Positions 30,669 through 40,261 of a DNA stretch of 64,000 nt are shown one piece after another (within the stretch, counting starts at the first letter, position 1; each line of letters opens with the position of its first letter). A program made the position numbers and the translations under genes. The notes under the pieces were generated by a model, which saw only the letters and a list, made by a program, of their open reading frames with translations, did no database searches and had not been told where the DNA came from. Origin of the DNA: an uncultured Spirochaetota bacterium (lineage in GTDB: Bacteria > Spirochaetota > Brevinematia > Brevinematales > JAOACQ01); the NCBI GenBank assembly GCA_963783575.1, contig CAWAOD010000011.1, positions 288,001 to 352,000 on the forward strand, read 5' to 3'.

Positions 30669-30718
30669 ATTTTCAAATTTGTAATAAATTATGAAAAGCA
30701 AAGCTGATTTTTATTGGA

Positions 30719-31603
30719 TTACCAATTATTCAACACCATAATTTTACTCAATAACTTTTGAGAGCCTACTATATGTGTAAATTCGTCATTAATACCGACT
30801 CTCTTAAAATCCGCTTTTAACCCGCTTTCCGCAATTACTTCTGCAACCGCACTACCGAGACCGCCTATTATATTATGTTCCTCAAGAGTTATAATTGGAA
30901 TTTGCTGAAGAATCAAATCAAGAATCATGTCTTTATCAAAAGGCTTAATAGTAGGATAGCTTACAAGGCAGATCTTTTTCCCGTGAGCAGCCGCTTCATC
31001 CGTGATCTGTTTTCCCTGTTCCAGCATATTGCTGGTTGTAATCAAAATCAAGTCGCTGCCCTGAGTTATTTTAACGGCTTTACCAAGAGTAATTTTCGCC
31101 GAATCAGGATGGATATTCGGTTCACCGCCTTTACCCAGCCTGAAATACATCGGGCCATTGTAATTAAAGCTTTCTTTCAACAAACAACGCAGCTCTACCG
31201 GGTCTCCCGGGCAGCAAACGGCCATATTGGGTAAAGACCGCATAATCGCAATATCTTCAATGGAATGATGAGAAGCACCCGCTGCTCCGTATGAATATCC
31301 TGCGCCCACTCCGATAATCCGGACATTGGTTTTCATATATGCAACATCTATTCTAATCTGTTCAAAACATCGCATCGTAATAAAAGGGATTATGCTATAT
31401 GCATAAACAATTTTTCCGGATAGGGCCAATCCGGCCGCGACACTTATCATATTCTGCTCGGCTATTCCGACATTCAGATACCGGTCGGGATGAGCTTTTA
31501 TGAATTTTTCCAGAACAGAATATCCCAGATCTGCGGATAAAAGGAAAATCCTGCTATCGGTTTCGGCTTGTTCAATCAGGCAATTAATAAATGTATTTCT
31601 CAT
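30719..31603 (-). CDS. Transketolase C-terminal subunit (split type)
   Basis: ADLG, NVGIAEQN, RCFEQIR, HHSIED, EEH..IGGLGS. Confidence 0.92.
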   Translation of the reverse strand: MRNTFINCLIEQAETDSRIFLLSADLGYSVLEKFIKAHPDRYLNVGIAEQNMISVAAGLALSGKIVYAYSIIPFITMRCFEQIRIDVAYMKTNVRIIGVGAGYSYGAAGASHHSIEDIAIMRSLPNMAVCCPGDPVELRCLLKESFNYNGPMYFRLGKGGEPNIHPDSAKITLGKAVKITQGSDLILITTSNMLEQGKQITDEAAAHGKKICLVSYPTIKPFDKDMILDLILQQIPIITLEEHNIIGGLGSAVAEVIAESGLKADFKRVGINDEFTHIVGSQKLLSKIMVLNNW

Positions 31604-31605
31604 AA

Positions 31606-32391
31606 TCAACTGTCTATATCATTCAATGCTTGAGATAATTGTTCGTCATTTGGCGACTTGTAGTGCCATTCCAGCTTATTTTCCATAAAAGGGACCCCTT
31701 TTCCCTTAACAGTGCGGGCAATAATAGCTTTCGGTTTATCCTGCTTGATTTTTAAAGTTTTCTCCAATTCTTTAATATTATGGCCGTCAATTTCATATAC
31801 TTCCCAACCGAATACTTTCCATTTTTCAGCCATATTTCTCATATCAATTATATCATCGGTGTATCCAAATCCCTGCAATTTATTTAAGTCTATTATCGCT
31901 GTTAGATTATTTAATTTCATCGTTGCGGCAAGCATTACAGCTTCCCAAACTGAACCTTCATTACATTCCCCATCTCCTATAAGTACAAAAATCCGTGAAG
32001 GATTATTATCTGTTCTTCTGGCTATTGCCATTCCAACTCCGATTGACAGGCCATGCCCGAGTGAGCCGCCCGATGTCTCTATTCCCCGAACAATTTCCAT
32101 ATCAAGATGGCCGGGCAATATGCCATTATCAATATAAAAACGTTTTAAATAATCTTTCGGGAAAAAGCCCCTGACAGCCAGGGTAGCATATAAAGCGGCA
32201 CTGGCATGAGCTTTGCTCAAAATAAATATATCCCTGTCGGTTTTATCGGGATGGGTCGGATCGATGATCATAATTTTATAATAAAGGGTATAAAGTATAT
32301 CAACAATCGATAAACATGAACCTATATGTGATGAGCCTGAAATATGCATCATATTAATAATGGATTTCCTTATCTCGTTTCTTATATTCAA
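31606..32391 (-). CDS. Transketolase N-terminal (ThDP-binding) subunit
   Basis: HIGSCLS, DIFILSKAH, GSLGHG, GDGECNEGSVWEA, KGKG, WHY. Confidence 0.92.
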   Translation of the reverse strand: MNIRNEIRKSIINMMHISGSSHIGSCLSIVDILYTLYYKIMIIDPTHPDKTDRDIFILSKAHASAALYATLAVRGFFPKDYLKRFYIDNGILPGHLDMEIVRGIETSGGSLGHGLSIGVGMAIARRTDNNPSRIFVLIGDGECNEGSVWEAVMLAATMKLNNLTAIIDLNKLQGFGYTDDIIDMRNMAEKWKVFGWEVYEIDGHNIKELEKTLKIKQDKPKAIIARTVKGKGVPFMENKLEWHYKSPNDEQLSQALNDIDS

Positions 32392-32434
32392 TCATTTCTC
32401 CGGAACTGCTTTTTAATAAGAATATTATAGATTT

Positions 32435-33214
32435 TTATTGCTTCCATATTTTCCAGGGCGCATTTCCCGTATTCCATAATGCATCCAGATCGATTTTATC
32501 CCTAAGCGTATCCATAGGCTTCCAGAAACCCATATGTTTATAAGCGCCCAATTGCTTTTCTTTTGCTATATTTTCAAGAGGATCCTTTTCCCAGACAGTT
32601 TCATCGCCATCTTTAATGTAATCAAAGACTTCCGGTTCGAGTACAAAAAACCCGCCATTGATCCATGCGCCATCCCCGCGGGGTTTTTCCTGAAAACTGA
32701 TAATTGTATTACTTTCATCTATTTCGATGGCACCGAATTTGCCGCTTGGCTGTACCGAAGTAACCGTCGCTAATCTACCGCTGTTTTCATGATAAGCTAT
32801 CAATTCATCAATGTTTATATTCGCTACGCCGTCGCCGTATGTCAGCATAAAACGTTCATTACCGATGTATTTTTGTACTCTTTTGATTCTGCCGCCGGTC
32901 ATAGTATTTGGCCCTGTATCAATTAAGGTAATTTTCCAGGGTTCTATGATGGAATTATGATAAACGACCTGATTTGTTTTCAAGTCTATTGTAACATCGG
33001 CAATATGCTGGGAATAATGATGAAAGTATTCTTTAATGATATAACTTTTATAGCCGGTACAAATTATAAAATCATTAAAACCGTAAGCGGAGTAAATTTT
33101 CATAATATGCCAGATTATAGGTTTGCCCCCGATTTCTACCATCGGTTTCGGTTTGATTTCAGTTTCCTCGCTCAAGCGTGTGCCAAGCCCGCCCGCAAGA
33201 ATGACTACTTTCAT
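32435..33214 (-). CDS. rfbF: Glucose-1-phosphate cytidylyltransferase
   Basis: LAGGLGTRLSEET..KPKPMVEIG, TGGR, LTYGDG, INGGFF, MDTLRD. Confidence 0.97.
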   Translation of the reverse strand: MKVVILAGGLGTRLSEETEIKPKPMVEIGGKPIIWHIMKIYSAYGFNDFIICTGYKSYIIKEYFHHYSQHIADVTIDLKTNQVVYHNSIIEPWKITLIDTGPNTMTGGRIKRVQKYIGNERFMLTYGDGVANINIDELIAYHENSGRLATVTSVQPSGKFGAIEIDESNTIISFQEKPRGDGAWINGGFFVLEPEVFDYIKDGDETVWEKDPLENIAKEKQLGAYKHMGFWKPMDTLRDKIDLDALWNTGNAPWKIWKQ

Positions 33215-33286
33215 TCATATCCTCATATTTATTGATTTTATAAATTTAAGAGGCGATAATTTCAATTATCCCATATTTAACCAAAT

Positions 33287-33315
33287 ATTATAGTTCATTA
33301 ATGTTTTTTTTTCAA
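33287..33315 (-). promoter_or_regulatory. Sigma70-type promoter of the rfbF operon
   Basis: TTGAAA-N17-TATAAT on the minus strand. Confidence 0.65.
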
Positions 33316-33417
33316 TAATTGTATATCTGAATATTGAAGAACCTCAAAAGATCAACCAATGTTTAATTATTTGCTAAGGAAACTAATATTCTTTAGGATA
33401 TCGATTTTCGTAAAAAA

Positions 33418-33446
33418 TAGACATATCAGGTTTGTTGTTATAAAAT
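33418..33446 (+). promoter_or_regulatory. Sigma70-type promoter of the gmd operon
   Basis: TAGACA-N17-TAAAAT. Confidence 0.6.
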
Positions 33447-33488
33447 ATATGGCTGTTTATTATTAAGATTAATTTTTGCGGGTATAAT

Positions 33489-34577
33489 ATGAGAAAGAAA
33501 GCATTAGTTACCGGCATTACCGGGCAGGATGGGGCTTATCTCACTGAGTTTTTGCTGGGAAAAGATTATGAAGTTCATGGTATTAAAAGAAGAAGTTCAT
33601 TATTTAACACTGCCAGAATAGATCATCTATATAAAGATCCTCATGAAAAAGATGTAAAATTTCATTTACATTACGGCGATATGACCGATTCAACCAATTT
33701 AATAAGAATAATCCAGGAAGTCCAGCCTGATGAAATCTATAACTTGGCCGCGCAATCGCATGTAAAAGTTTCATTTGAAACGCCGGAATATACCGCTAAC
33801 GCTGATGGGATAGGGACACTAAGGTTGCTTGAAGCTATAAGAATATTAAAGCTGGAAAATAAAACACGCTTTTATCAAGCATCCACCTCCGAATTATATG
33901 GCAAAGTTCAGGAAACCCCTCAAAACGAAACGACCCCTTTCTACCCGAGAAGTCCTTACGGTGTGGCAAAGTTATATGCCTATTGGATAACAGTTAATTA
34001 CAGGGAAGCATATAATATATTTGCATGCAATGGCATTCTTTTTAATCATGAAAGCCCGGTCAGGGGTGAAACATTTGTAACCCGCAAAATCACAAGGTCG
34101 GTAGCCAGAATTAAGATGGGTCTTCAAAAAAAGTTATTCTTAGGCAATTTAAACTCCAAACGTGACTGGGGACATGCCAAAGACTATGTGGAAGGGATGT
34201 GGCTTATACTTCAGCAGAAAAATCCTGGCGATTATGTTCTGGCGACGGGCGAGACTCATACCGTAAAGGAATTTATTGAGATGGCTTTCAAAGAAGCCGG
34301 AATAGATTTGACCTGGAGCGGTATCGGGGTTGATGAAAAGGGGTTGAATAAAGAAAACAAAGATATATTGGTTGAAATAGATCCGCGGTATTTCAGGCCG
34401 ACGGAAGTTGAGCTGCTTCTCGGCGATTCGTCAAAAGCCAGGCGTGAACTGGGATGGAAACCTAAATATGATTTGAAAACGCTCGTAAAGGAAATGATCA
34501 GAGGGGACCTGATAGAAGCCGAAAAAGAGCTTATTCTTAAAGATAATGGATACCGTATATTGAATCAGCATGAATAA
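33489..34577 (+). CDS. gmd: GDP-mannose 4,6-dehydratase
   Basis: [43 protein letters not shown]. Confidence 0.97.
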   Translation: MRKKALVTGITGQDGAYLTEFLLGKDYEVHGIKRRSSLFNTARIDHLYKDPHEKDVKFHLHYGDMTDSTNLIRIIQEVQPDEIYNLAAQSHVKVSFETPEYTANADGIGTLRLLEAIRILKLENKTRFYQASTSELYGKVQETPQNETTPFYPRSPYGVAKLYAYWITVNYREAYNIFACNGILFNHESPVRGETFVTRKITRSVARIKMGLQKKLFLGNLNSKRDWGHAKDYVEGMWLILQQKNPGDYVLATGETHTVKEFIEMAFKEAGIDLTWSGIGVDEKGLNKENKDILVEIDPRYFRPTEVELLLGDSSKARRELGWKPKYDLKTLVKEMIRGDLIEAEKELILKDNGYRILNQHE

Positions 34578-34605
34578 AATATTTATAAAAAAGTTGAGGT
34601 TTTAG

Positions 34606-35628
34606 ATGATATACCGCTCAAGGGCTCCGTTAAGACTTGGCCTGGCGGGAGGCGGGACAGATGTAAGCCCTTATTCAGAAATATATAACGGTAATGTATT
34701 AAATGCCACTATAAGTTTATTTGCATATGCATCGATCGAACCTCGAAATGACGATAAGATCGTGTTTAACCTGGCCGATAAAAATATTGTAGAAGAATTT
34801 AATACCGATAAGCGACTTGAGCTTGATGGGAAGATGGATCTGTTTAAGGGTATATATAATAGGTTATCAAGGGACTATTTCCAGGAACCACTCTCATTTG
34901 AATTGACTACTTTCGTTGATGCGCCGGCCGGGTCTGGACTGGGGACTTCTTCCACACTGATAGTTTCAATAATCGGGGCTTTTGTCGAATGGTTAAAACT
35001 GCCTCTCGGTGAATATGACATCGCTCACCTTGCTTATGAAATTGAGCGGAGAGATTTGCAAATGATGGGGGGTAAGCAGGATCAATACGCGGCTACGATC
35101 GGCGGGATTAATTTTATGGAGTTTTATAAGGATGATAAAGTAATCGTCAACCCTTTGAGGATCAGGGAAGAGTATATAAATGAAATGGAAATAAATATTT
35201 TATTATATTATACGGGAACAAGCCGGCTTTCATCAAAAATTATCGAGAAACAGGCAAATAATGTGATCCAGAAAAATGAAAAATCCATTGAGGCAATGCA
35301 TAAGCTAAAAGAGCAGGCTGTAATGATGAAGGAGGCCGTACTTAAGGGCAGCCTTTCTCAAATCGGTGAAATACTCGACTTCGGCTGGAAAAATAAAAGG
35401 CAAATGGCCGAGGGCATAACTAACAGCACAATCGATGAAATTTACGATACCGCGATTAAAGCCGGTTCAACCGGCGGCAAAATGACGGGAGCCGGAGGCG
35501 GCGGGTTTATGATGCTTTATTGCCCAAAAAATTCAAGGTATAAGGTAATTGAAGCTTTAAAGAAATTCGGCGGTGAATTCAGACGCTATCAGTTCATACA
35601 AAAGGGGCTGACATCATGGAAAAATTAA
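34606..35628 (+). CDS. hddA: GHMP kinase, D-glycero-alpha-D-manno-heptose 7-phosphate kinase-like
   Basis: RAPLRLGLAGGGTD, PAGSGLGTSS, GGKQDQY, GAGGGG. Confidence 0.85.
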   Translation: MIYRSRAPLRLGLAGGGTDVSPYSEIYNGNVLNATISLFAYASIEPRNDDKIVFNLADKNIVEEFNTDKRLELDGKMDLFKGIYNRLSRDYFQEPLSFELTTFVDAPAGSGLGTSSTLIVSIIGAFVEWLKLPLGEYDIAHLAYEIERRDLQMMGGKQDQYAATIGGINFMEFYKDDKVIVNPLRIREEYINEMEINILLYYTGTSRLSSKIIEKQANNVIQKNEKSIEAMHKLKEQAVMMKEAVLKGSLSQIGEILDFGWKNKRQMAEGITNSTIDEIYDTAIKAGSTGGKMTGAGGGGFMMLYCPKNSRYKVIEALKKFGGEFRRYQFIQKGLTSWKN

Positions 35629-35660
35629 TGTTGCATAAATATTTAAAATAGCAGGAATCT

Positions 35661-36614
35661 ATGAACAAGTTCTTAATTACCGGCTGTTCCGGTTTTGTTA
35701 GCAGGCATTTTCTTGATTATCTGGAGAGTATGGAAATAAATGCCAGCATAATGGGGATTGATGTAAATCCGATCAATCTGGAAAACAGAAAATATCAATT
35801 TATCAAATGGGAATTTGTCGAGCTGGATTTGCTGGATAAGGATAAAATACAATATTATATTTATCAGTTTCAGCCGGATTATATACTACATCTTGCTTCA
35901 TACAGCAGTGTGGCATTCAGCTGGCAAAACCCGGTAGTAAGTTTTCAAAACAATATCAATATTTACCTTAATTTATTAGAGGCATTGAGATTATCTAAAA
36001 TTAAATGCAGGGTATTATCTGTAGGTTCTTCCGAAGAATATGGAAATATCAATCAATCCAAATTACCGTTAAGGGAAGAATACACCGTCGATCCGGTAAG
36101 TCCCTATGCTGTTGCCAGGGTCTCTCAGGCAATGCTGTCAAAAGTTTATGTGGATGGCTTTGGATTGGATATTGTAATTACACGCTCATTCAATCATATA
36201 GGGCCTGGACAGAAGGATAATTATGTTATAGCCTCTTTAGCTAAGCAGTTAGTTGAAATGAAAAAGAAATTAAGAACGGAATTAATTGTTGGCGATGCAT
36301 CAATAGTTAGAGATTTTGCAGATGTCAGGGATGTTGTTTCGGCTTATTATTTACTTTTGCAGAAAGGTATTAATGGTGAAATTTATAATGTTTGCAGCGG
36401 TGTCGGGTTTTCAATAAAAGATTTAATAAAAAAAATGGCAAAAATTTTACAGATTGATGAAAGATTGAGAGTAAACCCTGATTTAATCCGTCCTAATGAC
36501 AACCGTATGATCATTGGTTCTAATGAAAAAATAAAAAAGGAAACGGGCTGGAATATTCACTATTCAATTGATATAACTTTAAATGATATCATCAATGAAT
36601 GGATGGAAAAATAA
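35661..36614 (+). CDS. GDP-4-keto-6-deoxy-sugar reductase (Rmd-like SDR)
   Basis: TGCSGFV, SSEEYG, SPYAVAR, FNHIGPGQ, RDFADVRDV. Confidence 0.75.
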   Translation: MNKFLITGCSGFVSRHFLDYLESMEINASIMGIDVNPINLENRKYQFIKWEFVELDLLDKDKIQYYIYQFQPDYILHLASYSSVAFSWQNPVVSFQNNINIYLNLLEALRLSKIKCRVLSVGSSEEYGNINQSKLPLREEYTVDPVSPYAVARVSQAMLSKVYVDGFGLDIVITRSFNHIGPGQKDNYVIASLAKQLVEMKKKLRTELIVGDASIVRDFADVRDVVSAYYLLLQKGINGEIYNVCSGVGFSIKDLIKKMAKILQIDERLRVNPDLIRPNDNRMIIGSNEKIKKETGWNIHYSIDITLNDIINEWMEK

Positions 36615-36777
36615 GAATACTAAATATTATTTTATTTATTTTCTAAAATTTCCTATAATGAATGCATTTTTTAATATGAAGATTTCATAAAGCTTACAGA
36701 AAAGTTTTAAAAGGCACTTATTAAATTATTATTAACATACTTTTGTTTAATATAATTTCAGAATTAAGGAGGCATAA

Positions 36778-37608
36778 ATGAGTTATAAGTATATAAGCAT
36801 TAAGAATTTCTACTTATTCTTAAAAGACTTAATCCGTTTCAGAAACTTCGTTTTAGAACTGGCAAGAAAGGATTTTACGAATCGTTATCTTGGTTCATAC
36901 CTTGGAATCATTTGGGGTTTTGTCCAGCCCTGGATTTCGATAATCATAATGTGGTTTGTTTTTCAAGTAGGATTTAAATCGCAACCGGTAGATAACTTTC
37001 CATTTATATTATGGTTAATGTGCGGTATGATACCCTGGTTTTTCTTATCTGAAAGCATTAATGGAGCGACGGGTTCAATTTTAGAATACAGTTATATGGT
37101 AAAAAAAATAGTGTTCCGTATAAGTGTTCTTCCAATAATAAAAATATTATCCTCTTTATATGTTCATCTTGTCTTTATAATCTTTCTTTTCATTATGTTT
37201 TTTATTTATAAATATATCCCCACTATATATAATTTACAGATTTTATATTATATTATTGCTTCGATAGCTTTTGTTTTAGGCCTATCATGGATAACAGCTT
37301 CGTTAATGGTTTTCCTGAAGGATGTCGGTCCTCTGGTAACGATCGTACTGCAATTATTCTTCTGGCTAACGCCGATATTCTGGTCTTTTTCGACCGCCAG
37401 CGGAACAATTAAAAAATTTATTCCTTTTTTAAAACTAAATCCTATTTATTATATTGTGGAGGGATTTCGCGATTCTTTTATCTATCAGAAATGGTTCTGG
37501 GAGCATCCTTTACTTACCGTATATTTTTGGGGATTAACATTGTTATTATGGATATTTGGAACAATTGTTTTTAAACGGTTAAGACCGCATTTTGCGGATG
37601 TATTGTAA
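36778..37608 (+). CDS. wzm: Polysaccharide ABC transporter permease
   Basis: RYLGSYLG..W, FWLTPIFW, LNP, FADVL C-terminus. Confidence 0.93.
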   Translation: MSYKYISIKNFYLFLKDLIRFRNFVLELARKDFTNRYLGSYLGIIWGFVQPWISIIIMWFVFQVGFKSQPVDNFPFILWLMCGMIPWFFLSESINGATGSILEYSYMVKKIVFRISVLPIIKILSSLYVHLVFIIFLFIMFFIYKYIPTIYNLQILYYIIASIAFVLGLSWITASLMVFLKDVGPLVTIVLQLFFWLTPIFWSFSTASGTIKKFIPFLKLNPIYYIVEGFRDSFIYQKWFWEHPLLTVYFWGLTLLLWIFGTIVFKRLRPHFADVL

Positions 37609-37633
37609 TTTTTATATTAAATGAGGTAAATAA

Positions 37634-38944
37634 ATGAGCGAAGAAGTTGTAATAAAGGTTGAAAACCTATCGAAGATTTATAAATTATACGATAAACCAA
37701 TCGACCGGATGAAAGAGGCGCTGAGTCCCATTCATAAAAAGTACCACAAGGATTTTTATGCTTTGAAAGATGTGAGCTTCGAGGTTAAAAAAGGAGAGAC
37801 TGTCGGTATAATCGGGAAGAATGGTTCAGGAAAATCAACCTTACTTAAGATTCTGACAGGCGTTTTATCGAAGACAAGTGGTAATATAATCACTAATGGA
37901 AGGATATCGGCGATACTGGAACTGGGTACCGGTTTTAACTTTGAATATACTGGATTGGAAAATATCATGTTTAACGGGACCATCCAGGGGTATTCTGAAA
38001 AACAGATGGAAAATAAAGTTGATGAAATCGCTGCTTTCGCGGATATAGGGGATTATATCAATCAGCCGGTCAAGACTTACTCTAGCGGTATGATGGCAAG
38101 ATTAGCCTTTGCAGTATCCGTGAATTTTGAACCGGATATATTAATTATTGATGAGGCCTTGAGTGTTGGCGATATGCGGTTTCAGCAGAAGGCGATCAGA
38201 AAAATGAAAGAAATTATGGAAAAAGCTAAAGCATTGTTGTTTGTAACACATGATATTGCAGCTATTAAGAATTTTTGTTCACGATGTATATGGTTAATGG
38301 ATGGCAGTATACATAAAGATGGTGAACCAAGTGATATTACCGGGCAATATTATACTTATATGACTTATGATATGATTAAAGAAAAGAACAGTTCTGATAT
38401 TATGATTGAAAAAAATAAAAAAAGTGATAATGAAATTGAGTGGGATGATATTTCTAAGTGTGATCAAATTGGAAATAAAAAAGCATTAATTAACAAAGTG
38501 GCATTTTATCTTATTGATAGATATAGTAATAAGTTAATAAAAAAAATAGATTACTTATCTGGAGGGGAATGGGTTTCTGTAATTGCACAAATCGATTTTT
38601 ATGATGATATTTATAATCCCATTATTAATGCAGATATAACTAATGAATTGGGAAATTTAATTTTTGGATTGAATAATTATTTTCTAAATTTGAATAGAGA
38701 TAAAATTAATAAAGGAGAAAAAATAATAATAAGTTTTGATTTTGAAGTCCCAAAATTAAAAATTGGAAATTATTCAATTAGTATTTGTTTAGCAGATGGA
38801 TATTATGGGAATGCCATAGTGAATCATTGCGTTTATGGAGCAATTATCTTTAAAGTTTATACAGAGAAATTTGATTCATCAATGAGGCATTATTATATAT
38901 CATTAGAAGAGAATAAAATGAATATAAAGATTAGGAATGTTTAG
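37634..38944 (+). CDS. wzt: Polysaccharide ABC transporter ATPase with C-terminal carbohydrate-binding (Wzt_C) domain
   Basis: GKNGSGKST, YSSGM, DEALSVGD, plus about 190 aa C-terminal extension. Confidence 0.93.
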   Translation: MSEEVVIKVENLSKIYKLYDKPIDRMKEALSPIHKKYHKDFYALKDVSFEVKKGETVGIIGKNGSGKSTLLKILTGVLSKTSGNIITNGRISAILELGTGFNFEYTGLENIMFNGTIQGYSEKQMENKVDEIAAFADIGDYINQPVKTYSSGMMARLAFAVSVNFEPDILIIDEALSVGDMRFQQKAIRKMKEIMEKAKALLFVTHDIAAIKNFCSRCIWLMDGSIHKDGEPSDITGQYYTYMTYDMIKEKNSSDIMIEKNKKSDNEIEWDDISKCDQIGNKKALINKVAFYLIDRYSNKLIKKIDYLSGGEWVSVIAQIDFYDDIYNPIINADITNELGNLIFGLNNYFLNLNRDKINKGEKIIISFDFEVPKLKIGNYSISICLADGYYGNAIVNHCVYGAIIFKVYTEKFDSSMRHYYISLEENKMNIKIRNV

Positions 38945-38953
38945 AGGTGTTTT

Positions 38954-39442
38954 ATGAATAATATTTTAGATAATAAATTTAGTGGATCAATTGTGATTGG
39001 TAATAAAGATAATATTAATTTAGGAGATAATGTTAGTTTTGGTGGCAATGTTATATTATATGCAAATGAGAAAATAGAAGTTGGGGAGTATACAATGATA
39101 GCAATTAATTCATTAATACATACATCAACACATGATTATAAAGATCATCCTATGAGATTAAAGAGAATAGATAGGCCAGTAAAAATTGGGAAACATGTAT
39201 GGGTAGGTGCTAATAGTGTTATTTTGCCTGGTGTAATAATTGGTGATTATTCAGTTATTGGTGCCGGAAGTGTTGTTACTGCAAATGTACCGATTGGAGC
39301 TATTGTTGCCGGAAATCCGGCAAGAATTATCAAATATAGAAATAAGAATTGGTACAATAAAGAAATGTGCATTGAAAATAATGTCAAAGTTAACCTAGGA
39401 TATATTAATAAAAAGATGAAAAAGAAATTCATAATTTTTTAA
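38954..39442 (+). CDS. Hexapeptide-repeat O-acyltransferase
   Basis: IGKHVWVGANSVILPGVIIGDYSVIGAGSVVT...GNPAR. Confidence 0.9.
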   Translation: MNNILDNKFSGSIVIGNKDNINLGDNVSFGGNVILYANEKIEVGEYTMIAINSLIHTSTHDYKDHPMRLKRIDRPVKIGKHVWVGANSVILPGVIIGDYSVIGAGSVVTANVPIGAIVAGNPARIIKYRNKNWYNKEMCIENNVKVNLGYINKKMKKKFIIF

Positions 39443-39458
39443 AGATAATTACTTAATT

Positions 39459-39600
39459 ATGAGTGAAATAATTTATTGATACATTTAGGTCATAATGCAT
39501 GTGTATGTCTATTATAAATATAGGGATATTATGTTAATTTCAAGAAGAAATAATAAATTGAGTAAAAAAATCCATTGGTTTTTCCAAAAGCTGCAATATA
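39459..39600 (+). pseudogene. Decayed 5' fragment of a NodU/CmcH-type carbamoyltransferase
   Basis: Across frameshifts and stops: IHLGHNACVCLL* (from 39479), QEE (39541), SIGF/PKAAI (39571-39598). Confidence 0.55.
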
Positions 39601-39675
39601 TTCATAAGATAATTCTGATATTAAATTTTTGTTAACAAATGATTATTTGTTAGAAAAGAAATAAATAGAGGTTAT

Positions 39676-40254
39676 ATGTCAATTACATTAGATGTTTTAT
39701 CAAAGTATAAAAATATGTATTTTGTAGAAACTGGGACCTATTTGGGAGATACTGTTAATAATGCTTTGAAAATTGGTTTTAATAATATTTACAGTATTGA
39801 ACTTTCAGAAGATCTTTATGTGCAAAATATTGAAAAATATCAAAACAATAAAAATGTGAGTTTATTTTGTGGTGATTCTTCAAAAATTTTATTTGATGTA
39901 ATAAAAAATATTAATTCAAAGATTACTTTTTGGTTAGATGCACATTATAGTGGAGGTAATACAGTTAAAGGTAAGAAAAATTGTCCAATAATTAACGAAT
40001 TGAATTTAATAAAAAAACATAAACTTAAAAATCATATCATTTTGATTGATGATATTAGATTGTTTGGTAAAAACTATTTGTTACATGAAGACTTAGTAAG
40101 TTTATCTGAAGAAAAGAAAAATACATGTTTGTTTATTGATATTGAAGAAGATTATATTAAAGAAAAAATAATGCAAATAAATAAAAAATATCAATTTAGA
40201 TATGAAAATGGAAATAAAAATAATGATATACTTGTAGCCTATTGTGAGGTATAA
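39676..40254 (+). CDS. Putative SAM-dependent methyltransferase-fold protein
   Basis: FVETGTYLG, SIELS, GDS, FWLDAH, ILIDD motifs. Confidence 0.6.
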   Translation: MSITLDVLSKYKNMYFVETGTYLGDTVNNALKIGFNNIYSIELSEDLYVQNIEKYQNNKNVSLFCGDSSKILFDVIKNINSKITFWLDAHYSGGNTVKGKKNCPIINELNLIKKHKLKNHIILIDDIRLFGKNYLLHEDLVSLSEEKKNTCLFIDIEEDYIKEKIMQINKKYQFRYENGNKNNDILVAYCEV

Positions 40255-40261
40255 TTTAAAG

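Noticed and set aside
30719..30750. Homopolymer frameshift at the transketolase C-terminus (adding one A gives ...SKNYGVE*)
   Set aside because: Plausible but affects only a few terminal residues and cannot be supported without homologs or reads
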